Of a stretch of DNA of 64,000 nt, positions 24,478 to 34,994 are shown piece after piece. Position 1 is the stretch's first letter, and each line of letters opens with the position of its first letter. The DNA is from Eledone cirrhosa. Taxonomy: Eukaryota. Where the stretch lies: contig OZ024742.1 of the NCBI GenBank assembly GCA_964016885.1, forward strand, positions 196,726,001 to 196,790,000, in the 5' to 3' direction. The position numbers and the translations under genes were made by a program. The notes under the pieces were generated by a model. The model ran no database searches, was not told the DNA's origin, and saw only the letters and a program-made list of their open reading frames with translations.

Positions 24478-24900
24478 CATCATCATCATAATCATTTAAC
24501 GTCCATCTTTCATGCTAGCATGGGTAGGACAGGCTTTCCCTTTGTGAGGGATCAGGTCGCGGACCGTGATTCGCTCACACAGAACTGATTTAGGTTTGGT
24601 TTTTATGGCTGGACACCCTTCCTAATGCCAACCACATTTACAGTGTGTGCTGGGTGCTTTTTGCCGTGTCACCTACATGACCACTTTACAGTGTGGACTG
24701 GGTACTTTTTGTCATGACACTTACATGACCACTTTACAGTGTAGACTGGATACTTTTTGTCATGACACTTACATGACCACTTTACAGTGTGGACTGAGTG
24801 CTTTTTGTCATGATACCTACATGACCACTTCAGTGTGGGCTGGGTGCTCGCTTTTGTCATGACACCTACATGACCACTATAGTGTGGGTTGGGCTCTTTT
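24478..24900 (-). mobile_element. RTE-tailed SINE-like element with an internal ~43-bp unit in tandem (~6 copies)
   Basis: (CAT)n tail, ggctggacacccttcctaatgccaaccac, then repeated ccactttacagtgtggactgggt.ctttttgtcatgacac. Confidence 0.75.
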
Positions 24901-25197
24901 ATTGTGGCTTCAAGGGGGATCACTTTATAGAGGAGTTTGGAAACTTGGGAGGGGTGGTGAAGATGCTTTGGGAAATTGGGGACATAGATATAAGAGAGGT
25001 TTATGGGAGGGGAGATGGTTGGGAATGGTGTTGCCTACTAGGTGTATGCCTCAGCTTGAGAATAATAGAGGGCGGGTTTTCTGTAATACTTCATAGTGCC
25101 AGAGGTCACGGTCCTGTGTCATCGCCTTAGTGAGGTGTAATTGAGCAAAGCCAGCTCTTATTACCTCATATATATATATATTATATATATATATATA

Positions 25198-25503
25198 CAT
25201 TGTTTCCTTGAGCAAGACACTTTATTTCACATTGCTCCAGTTTACTCAGCTGTAGAAATGAGATGATAGGACTGGGGTCTCTGTCATTCCACTGCAAAGT
25301 GGTCGTGGCGGTGCCATGGCAAAAAAGCACCCGGCCTACACTGTAAAGTGGACGTGTAGGCGCCACGGAAAAAAAAAAGCACCCACCACTCACTGTAAAT
25401 GAGGCTGGTGTTAGGAAGGGCATCCAGCTGTAGAAATCAAGCCAGAATCAGTTCTCGTCCCACCCTTGCAAGCAGGGAAAAGCGGGCGTAAAATGATGAT
25501 GAT
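25198..25503 (+). mobile_element. 5'-truncated CORE-like SINE (family B)
   Basis: ccttgagcaagacactttatttcacattgctc...cttgcaagcagggaaaagcgg..gtaaaatgatgatgat; homologous to 59257-59588. Confidence 0.85.
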
Positions 25504-27039
25504 ATATATGCAGTAATACAGAAGACCCATGTGCATGGGTTGAAGCATACATCTAGTATGCACTACCTTCCTCCCTCCCCTTTCCATACACTTCCCACAT
25601 CCTAACACTCCACCCATGTCCTGACATTCTACGCATGCCCTAACACCCAACGCTTCACCAGATAAGTCCCCCACCCCACCCTAGATCTACCTCTCAAATT
25701 CTCAAACACCTGCCCCACCACAGCCCACAGTCCACACTGTAAAGTGGTTGTTTTGGTGCCACAACCAAAAAGCACCCAGTCCACACTGTAAATGTGGTTG
25801 GCATTAGGAACGGCATGCAGCATCAGAAACCAAGCCGAAATCAGTTCTGTATGAGCAAGACATGGTCATCTGATTTGGCTTGTGTGACAATAGAACTTGT
25901 CTAACCCATGCTAGCATAGAAAAAATGGATGTTAAATGGTGATAATGATAATGATGATGATGCTGATGATAAAGTTATTGGTAATGATACAAGATATAGT
26001 ACAAGATATTTGCCCCAAAGTTCCATGGAGCACATCAGAACCTGGAATCATGTAACAGCAAAGCAAACTTGTTAAGCACACAACCATGTTTGTATCAATA
26101 CAAAGCAAAGTTATCTCACAGATATTAATGGCTTTTTCAGAATTCCCCACTGTACACATAGGCACCACCACTCACTTCTGCATGGCCATGGTTATTTCAG
26201 AAATTAAATACCAGTTGTTAAGGGTGAAAAATAACATTTAGTTGTTTAGTAAAATTTGCTGGTAATCGTTTTACTACTGCCTTGTTAGATATATTTACTT
26301 TAAGCATGGCTTCTGTTTATTTATTTGTAAAACAGAATGAAGAAAATTGAAACTTAGAAGAATCAGTTGTTTTTATAAATGTCTATAATAGAGTAAAAGT
26401 GGAGAAAAACCATTGTTTAGTGAAGAAGACCTTGGAGATAGTGTGCTGAGTCATCAACTATGCCAGATGAAGGCAGATGTTTTTTGTAGAGAATGGAATG
26501 ACAAGTTGTAACAAATTGTTGGCACAATAGATTTATAATTAGATTTTTTGTTATATGATATTGCAGGTATTTTCTATTTGTTTTCCCTTTTCAATTTAGT
26601 TAAAGACATTTGCAACTTCACAAAAACAGAAAAATCATTTAAGGAGTTATTATTTTAACATCATTAAAATATCAACATGAACATTATATATATATATATC
26701 AACTCTGGCTGCTGATTAGACAAAATTTGTTCATGTTGGAATATTTTTCACCTCTTATGGTTGGGCTTATAAGGCAAACAGTTTTAAAAGGAAACACATA
26801 CAGACACGACGCATATATATATATATATATATATGATTATATATAAATGTTAGAACACTGTATTTATTTGAAAATTTAGGGTAAACTTCTAAGTCAAGTC
26901 TTAGTTGTCATAAGAATGAACTGTGATGTGTAAACACTTTTCACTATTCCTCCATACACAAAAAAATGAGATAATTCTTATGCTTGCATTTCAGAGTCTT
27001 ATTTATGAGTTCATGTATGGAGGAATATTGTTATAGAAA

Positions 27040-27475
27040 ATATCTGAAATGGTCTCATGCCATGCACTATGGCAGTTTGCATGCAAGCTTCATATAGCCT
27101 TATTCTTCATTTTGAGTGAGCAGTCCTTTGTTATAATAGTTACCTGAACTTTTTTCCAGCCCATTCTTGTTCTAGCTACTATGCTTTCAGAACACCCACC
27201 TTTACAGCTAATTAGGTTACCTAGGAAACAAAAACAATCAACAATTTCTAGGGAGATGCTCAAGTTATTGAGAGCATCTATTTCACATGTGCTCTTGGTG
27301 CTTATTACCTCCATGTATCTACTGCATATAAAGTCTACCTTCTCCATTAATCTACTTCTAAGTCTGCTACATCCCTTGTACATCAATAGTTTATACTGCA
27401 TACACCACATGGAGATTCTGACTGCTTTTCTGGATGTAGTGCCAGGCAATTTCCCTGATGGTAACAAGATCCTGT
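27040..27475 (-). mobile_element. Decayed RTE LINE ORF2 fragment
   Basis: LEIVDCFCFLGNLISCKGGCSESIVARTRMGWKK, an RTE thumb-region motif. Confidence 0.85.
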
Positions 27476-27679
27476 ATTAAAGGAGTCCATAGGTTTTTCC
27501 TATAATAAACTGGTGTCCTGTCCAGGCAGACAGGTGACTTGTACTTTCAGTTGTTAAGTGCTAATGAAACTGGGATAAGCTCTGGGCTTGGGACTGTTTT
27601 TTTTATAGGTTCTTCATTTGTTTTTTTAATTTGAATGAAGTCACTGCAAGGAATTTAATTTACATATTGTTAGGAATGG

Positions 27680-27966
27680 GAGTGAATGGGCCTGCTCTGA
27701 GTATGCACCTGTAGATTGGAAGTGGAGAATTGGGAGAGGGCACTTGCCCTAGTGGTCGGGGTGGCTTTTTTAATGGGCTTTCTCCACGAGTGACCCTCGG
27801 AAGTCTCTCCCCTATTGGGAAATTTTCCTTTGTTTCTTTTTTTTTGTTATTTCCTTTGTTATTGTTTTTTCTTTGTATGTAGAAATGCCCATATCTACTA
27901 TCCTGTACATTATGTCAACCCTTGTGGTTGTACAGGATAGTAGATATGAGCAGTTAATAAAGAAAG
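27680..27966 (+). mobile_element. 5'-truncated retroposed insert (L1/Tx1-like 3' end) with a 17-bp TSD
   Basis: catattgttaggaatgg at 27663-27679 and 27967-27983; T-rich 3'UTR-like body ending aataaagaaag. Confidence 0.8.
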
Positions 27967-28504
27967 CATATTGTTAGGAATGGAGATGGTGGGGAAGACT
28001 GATTCAACTTCCTTGTATATAGTGGGTGGTCATGAAAAAGGTTAAAAATTATTGTTGATTGTTTCTCCATTTTTATGAGTGAAGGTCAAGTTTGATGGTA
28101 TTTTCTATTATTTTAGTCAACTGGAACTATTTATATTTAAGCTAGAAGGAAGAGATAATTTAATCTGTTATACTAAAAATATTTAAAACAAAACATCTGT
28201 TTGTTGGGTATATTGTGTAGCAAACTAAAGCTTATTTTTAATATTATCAGGTTGACTTTAGGAGGTATCTTAATATGGAGGGGGGCGGGGAGGCAGTATA
28301 CAACTGTAGTCAAACCCTTGTACATATCAGTATACATGATGTATACATGCAAATGCATAAACATATCTTTCGGGTTTACACTTACTTATATCAGTAGTAA
28401 AGATGCATGGCCACATTTACATATATGCAGACACACACACACACACACACACACACACCCACAAACACACACAGACATACAGACACACACACATATTATG
28501 GTCA

Positions 28505-29830
28505 ATAATATGGCAGAGACAACAGATGTTATATGACATTGGTCAGTAATATAGCAGCAACAACAGATGTTATATGACAGTGGTCTGTAATATAACAGGA
28601 ACAACAGATGTCATATGACTGGTCTGTAATATAGCAGGGACAACAGATGTCATATGACAATGGTCTGTAATATAACAGGGACAACAGATGTTATATGACA
28701 GTGGTCTGTAATATAACAGGGACAACAGATGTCATATGACAATGGCCAGTCATATAGCAGGGACAACAGATGTCATATGACAATGGTCGATAATATAGCA
28801 GGAACAACAGATGTTATATGACTGGTCTGTAATATAGTAGGGATAACAGATGTTATATGACAGTGGTCTGTAACATAGCAGGGACAACAGATGTCATATG
28901 ACAGTGGTCAGTAATATAGCAGGGACAACAGATGTCATATGACAGTGGTCAATATATAACAGGGACAACAGCTGTCATATGACAGTGGTCAGTAATATAA
29001 CAGGGACAACAGATGTTATATGACAGTGGTCTGTAATATAGCAAGGACAACAGATGTTATATGACAGTGGTCTGTAATATTGCAGGGACAACAGATGTCA
29101 TGACATTGGTCAGTAATATAGCAGGGAAAACGGATGTTATATGACATTGGTCAGTAATATAGCAGCGACAACAGATGTTATATGACAGTGGTCTGTGATA
29201 TAACAGGGACAACAGATGTCATATGACTGGTCTGTAATATAGCAGGGACAACAGATGTTATATAACAGGGACAACAGATGTCATATGACAGTGGTCAGTC
29301 AAATAGCAGGGACAACATGTTACATGACATAGGTCAGTAATATAGCAGGGACAACAGATGTTATATGGCAGTGGTCTGTAATATTGCAGGGACAACAGAT
29401 GTCATGACATTGGTCTGTAATATAGCAGGGACAACAGATGTTATATGACATTGGTCAGTAATATAGCAGTGACAACAGATGTCATATGACAGTGGTCAGT
29501 CATATAACAGGGACAACAGATGTTATATGACAGTGGTCTGTAATATAGCAAGGGCAACAGATGTTATATGACAGTGGTCTGTAATATAGCAGGGACAACA
29601 GATGTTATATGACATTGGTCAGTAATATAGCAGTGACAACAGATGTCATATGACTGGTCAGTCATATAGCAGGGACAACAGATGTCATATGACAGTGGTC
29701 TGTAATATAGCAGGGACAACAGATGTCATATGACAGTGGTCAGTAATATAGCAGGGACAACAGATGTCATATGACAGTGGTCTGTAATATAGCAAGGACA
29801 ACAGATGTTATATGGCAGTGGTCTGTAATA
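28505..29830. repeat. 41-bp minisatellite, ~32 copies
   Basis: Unit gacaacagatgt(t/c)atatgacagtggtctgtaatatagcagg. Confidence 0.97.
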
Positions 29831-30197
29831 CACTGGAAACCTGTCTGCCCTAAACTGACCTAGATACAACTAGAAATCTTATTTAACACAGCATACACAA
29901 CACATACGATGCCTCCTCTTTCCCTCTCTCAATGTAGCTGATATCAGCATATTTAATGCCCTTAGAGTAAAAGCTCTGTCTGAGCTAACAAACATACACT
30001 CACACAAGTTTACATCTTGATCACAACTATTATACTAATATTCCATAATTGAATCCACCTACATAAATAGATTTCAAAGGAATATCTTCAGGTGTAGTGG
30101 CAATCACAAGTTCCAATTAAAAAATGCAGGGTTCAGCAAGTTAAGAAAACACCAATAAATGTCAATTCAGCAAAAAGTTTATACCAGGATCTTAAAC

Positions 30198-31170
30198 CCC
30201 ACCACCACTACCACTATCATAGCCACTACCATTACCGGGACTATTACAACCACCATCATCACTGCCGCCACTGCTACTACCATCACATCCACCAATACCA
30301 CCACTATCACCATCATCACTACTACCATTACCACCATCACCATCACCACTGCCTCCACAACCACCACCACTGCCTCCACAACCACCACCACCACCACTGC
30401 TGCCACCACTACCACCATCACTACTACTATTACCACCACCACTACCACAATCACTACCACCACAGCCACAACTACTACAATCTCCACAGCCACCACCACC
30501 ACACCACCACCACCACTGTAGCCACTACTACCACAATCTCCACAGCCACTACTACCACCACCACCACCACCACCACCACTACTTTAGCCACTACTACCAC
30601 AATCTCCACAACCACTACCACCACCACTGTAGCCACTACTACCACAATCTCCACAGCCACTACTACCACCACCACCGCCACCACTACTGTAGCCACTACT
30701 ACCACAATCTCCACAGCCACTACCACCACCACCACCACTGTAGCCACTACTACCACAATCTCCACACCCACCACCACCACCAGCACCACTGTAGCTACTA
30801 CTACCACAATCTCCACAGCCACTACCACCACCACCACCACCACCACCACTGTAGCCACTACTACCACAATCTCCACAGCCACTACCACCACCACCACCAC
30901 CACCACCACTGTAGCCACTACTACCACAATCTCCACAGCCACTACCACCACCACCACCACTGTAGCCACTACTACCACAATCTCCACACCCACTACCACC
31001 ACCACCACTGTAGCCACTACTACCACAATCTCTATAACCACCACCACCATCACCACTGTAGCCACTACTACCACAATCTCCACAGCTACTACCACCATCA
31101 CCACTGTAGCCACTACTACCACAATCTCCACAGCCACTACCACCAACACCACCACTACAACTACACCACT
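30198..31170. repeat. (ACC/ACT)n microsatellite grading into a variable-length minisatellite
   Basis: Unit gtagccactactaccacaatctccacagccact(acc)n. Confidence 0.95.
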
Positions 31171-31199
31171 GCTCTTTTATTATTATTATTTTTTAAAAT

Positions 31200-31895
31200 T
31201 AATTGTTTCTACTTTAGGTATAAGGCCAGCAATTACCCAGTGCATTACTGGTACCTTATTTTATCGACCCCGTAAGGATGAAAGGTAAAGTCAACCTCGG
31301 CGAGATTTGAACTCAGACCGTAAAGGGACGTAACTATGCTGGAAAGCATAGCGTCCGACCCTCTACTGATACTGCCAATCCACCAAATTAATGTCCTGTG
31401 TTCAAATCCCACCGAAGTCAACATTGTCTTTTGTCTTTCAGGGTTTGATAAAATAAAGTACCAGTAAAATACTAGGCTAGATTTAATCAACTTTCCAACC
31501 CCAAAATTAGAAGTCATTATTATGCTTGCGTGACAGTATCGGTAGAGGGTCTGACGCCATGCTTTGCAGCAAAGAGTTACGGCCCTTTATGATCTGAGTT
31601 TAAATCCCGCGGAAGTTCACTTTGCCTTTCATCCTTACGGGGTCAATAAAATAAAGTACCAGTAATACACTGAGATAGTTGCTGGCCTTGCGCCAAAAGT
31701 AGAAACAATTATTATGCTTGCGGCATAGAGTTATGGTTCTTTGCATTCTGAGTTCAAATTCTGCCGAGGTTAGCTTTGCCTTTCATCCTTACAGGGTCGA
31801 TAAAATAAAGTACCAGTAACATACTGGGGTTGATTTAATCGACTTTCCCCTCCCCCAAAATTGTTGGCCTTGTCCCTAAATCAGAAACGATTATT
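31200..31895. mobile_element. Family A SINE cluster: one minus copy (31200-31384), then three plus copies
   Basis: Reverse complement of the family A consensus, followed by direct copies. Confidence 0.9.
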
Positions 31896-31899
31896 ATGC

Positions 31900-32289
31900 T
31901 GATGCTTTAAACATAGATTACCAAAAGTGCTCCCATAAAATTATAATGGAATGTTTCTAAATAAATATAAACACTTTCAAATAAACAGCCTTATATAAAA
32001 AAACCAAGGGTGGTTTCAGGCAGCTTGGTATTAAAAGGGTTAACCCTTTCGTTACCATATTTCTAATGAAAATCACTGCCCATGATTTTCAAATCATTTT
32101 GAAAATTACAAAGCATTTGGTGATATAACTAATTTTCTCATTATTAAATTGTGTGTCTGGAACATAACAAATGTTCTTACACAGACATATAGTGGAAGTT
32201 TTTTAGATAAATATAAACACTTTAAAATAAACAGTTTTGTATCATAGAACTATGAGTAGTTTTGGGTAGTTTGGTATTAAAAGGGTTAA
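31900..32289. mobile_element. Two piggyBac-type MITEs (family P2) sharing a TTAA
   Basis: ...AAAAGGG-TTAA-CCCTTTCGTTACC...GGTATTAAAAGGG-TTAA. Relatives at about 33112-33245, 49650-50117 and 50700-50863. Confidence 0.8.
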
Positions 32290-32515
32290 CATTAAGGCTA
32301 GTAAGGAGGAAAAGCAAAGAAACGTATCTCAGATAAGTTTTTCATTTTCTTTTTATTATTATATTGGCCATATGTAAAAACATACTATTAGATTATTTAT
32401 TCAAAAATATCAAGGGGATAACTAAACTAAAATGAAGAGGGCAAATCATACAGCATAATGTGCTTCTGATGAATAGAAAGGGATGGAAAAACTGTTTTCA
32501 GTGGTATTTCTAATA

Positions 32516-32848
32516 CTGTGCAACTTCGGTTCACAAATGTCTCTCATCATGAACAAATTGGTTCACAAACAATTTTTCTGAACATAAGACTTCTCAGTTC
32601 TCAAATGGTGCCTTGAGTAATGAACATGAAAGCCGGTAACAATGGTTGGCAACAAGCTTGGAATATCGGCAGGAAAGCGTCGCTTGCTGTGTAGTTAGTT
32701 ACTATGGTGATATCTATCTGTCTTTTACATACAGTCTTTCTCTCTCACTCTATTTCTCTCTCAAAATTTTGTATGGGAAAAATAGTTTTGGTTTATAAAC
32801 ATTTTGGACTTCAGGAATGACTTAAGTTCATAAACCGAGGTTTCACTG
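32516..32848. mobile_element. pogo/Tigger-like MITE
   Basis: TA-ctgtgcaacttcggttcacaaa ... ttcataaaccgaggtttcactg, degenerate CAGT-type TIRs. Confidence 0.65.
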
Positions 32849-33243
32849 CATCTTTATAGTTACAAGTTATTACTCATCACTATCACAGGTTATATGGGTT
32901 GTCACATTGACAGCTCAGATGTCTGTGTCTTGATCATATGTTCCATTTTAGCACAACTTCTATGGCTAGATATAGTACCTTCCTACTGCCAACCACTTTA
33001 CAGCATGCACTAGAAGCAGTTTATGAAGACACTGCTACTATCTCCTGTTGTTTCTGGCAAGTCAAGCAGTTTGATTAGCTTGAATTATAGTTTAATGTGC
33101 TCTCTCAGTGATTAACCCTTTTAATACCAAACCACAGAAAAACCAGTTCTATGATACTAAGACATATTTTATTGTTTATATTTATCTAAAAACTTTTCAT
33201 GGTAATTTTGTGTAAAATCCTTTGTTATGTTCCAAATACTAGC

Positions 33244-33470
33244 TTAACCCATTAGCATTTAAACCGGCCGTATCCGGCCAGAATTCTCTCACCTCTTTTT
33301 CTTCAAATTGGCCATAACTGGCCCCACATACTTATGTTATGGTATTGTTCTCAAAATAAATAATATTGAAATCTCATAGATTCTATATTATGAGATAATT
33401 ATGTGAGGTAAAGCCTTTACCATGAAAATACAATATTAAATATAGAGTAATGTAAATGCTAAAGGGTTAA
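33244..33470. mobile_element. piggyBac-type MITE (family P1), apparently complete
   Basis: TTAA-CCCATTAGCATTTA ... TAAATGCTAAAGGG-TTAA. Confidence 0.88.
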
Positions 33471-33862
33471 TAAACAGTGTTTTACATCAGAGATGTATTG
33501 AAATGGTTAAATATTTTGCATAGCTGAATGAATACGTGTTTCATATGCACATACATACACACACTCACATATACACAGGCATTCACACTCATACACCCAC
33601 ACATGCACACATAAGATGACTAACAAATAACTACATGTGTATTTTTATCTCCTTCTTTCTCTTTTTTCCTTCCCTTTCTTCTGTCTTTAAAACATCCTCT
33701 CTTCTTTCTGTGTCCATCTTCTGACTAACATCTGAAACATCGTCTTGTTTAACTTCTTTTAATTGTTACCAACTCTTACTAGCAAATGAATGTTAAATGA
33801 TGATGATGATGATGATATTCATCTAGTGGTTGCTAAATTTCTGTTTTATTCTTGATTTTTAG

Positions 33863-33923
33863 TTATCCCAGAGGTAAATCGATAACCTCAGCATGGAGAC
33901 TTCATGAACTTGATCCGACAAAG
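33863..33923 (+). CDS. MRPL13: MRPL13 coding exon 4 (YPRGKSITSAWRLHELDPTK)
   Basis: tttttag acceptor, gtaagt donor, 61 nt; completes HTG-YP and the LHxxDP motif. Confidence 0.95.
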
Positions 33924-34037
33924 GTAAGTTATCAAAAACCTTAAAAAAAAAATCATTCTAACAGTTCTATAAATATTCTAGAAATGTTTTATATTATAAG
34001 AGTGTTGTTGAATATGTAGAAATCATTCTGATATAGA

Positions 34038-34404
34038 AGGCTATAGCAATATAGTTTAGGCATTAAATATCAATAATAATAATATCAATGATATTGAAAT
34101 GTTTAAATGGTCCTGATATTTTGGATAAAATATCCCTTTATGAAGTTAAGATAATTAGTGAGAGAGAGAGAAATTGTGTCTTTTTGGCATGCCAATACAA
34201 CTTGAAAGATGCATAATTTATATCTCTCCCTCCCCCTCGTCCCTCTCCATCTCCCTTGCCCTCTCTCCCTTCATCTTAAAACGTTTGTAAAGGTGTAATT
34301 TATCTGAAATATCAGGACTAGTTGAATATTTCTAAGTTAATGTTTCAATATCTTTGTTATTGCTATCATTGATATTTAGTGTTTCAACAGCATGTCTATA
34401 GCCT
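34038..34404. repeat. Long imperfect inverted repeat (old fold-back element)
   Basis: Nested complementary blocks: aggctatag/ctatagcct, taaatatcaat/attgatattta, gatattgaaa/tttcaatatc, gtcctgatattt/aaatatcaggac. Confidence 0.75.
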
Positions 34405-34994
34405 ACTTTAACACACCATTTTTTACATTATAAATTTTATGAATACACTTCATGGATGAATGGATCAATTTTTTAAAATTTCTTATTAATCATTTCATAT
34501 TTGTTATGTTATGCTAGCATTGATTGTAAGGTTCTGTAAATTTAGGTTTGAATATCAGTTACAAACAACAGAAGCTTTCATTTAGCTTCTGTTTCCTCTC
34601 TAAGTAGTATCTCTTCAAATATTTGCAATATAGTTAAAACAATATGGTATTATCAAACAATGACCAATATTGAATCAGTGGTGTGAAGGGCATCCAGCTG
34701 TAGAAACCATGTTAAAAAAAGAGTCAAGAGGACATTTCAGTCATGTTAAGAGCATGACAACATCTCTAGTATTGGTGACATGATAAGCCCTAACGCTTGC
34801 TAGCAGTGAAAATGAATGTTTAATGATAATGAGAATGATGGTGATAAGTGGTTTTCATTTGAAGATCCATATTAACATATACTGAAACATAATTTTTTGT
34901 GACATTCCATGTCTAAAATCATCATTGGCATCTTGTGGTTTCGACAGTTTCGTTCCAGTGAATTTATTTCTGTGTTTTTTAGATGGCATTATAT

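Noticed and set aside
28505-29830. CRISPR-like regular arrays (also the 48-, 42- and 30-bp arrays)
   Set aside because: The units are contiguous with no unique spacers, there are no cas genes, and the context is a eukaryotic intron.
30159-31155. Poly-Thr (mucin-like) and poly-Val ORFs; likewise 20124-20683, 54038-54448 and 60059-60484
   Set aside because: They are translations of simple repeats.
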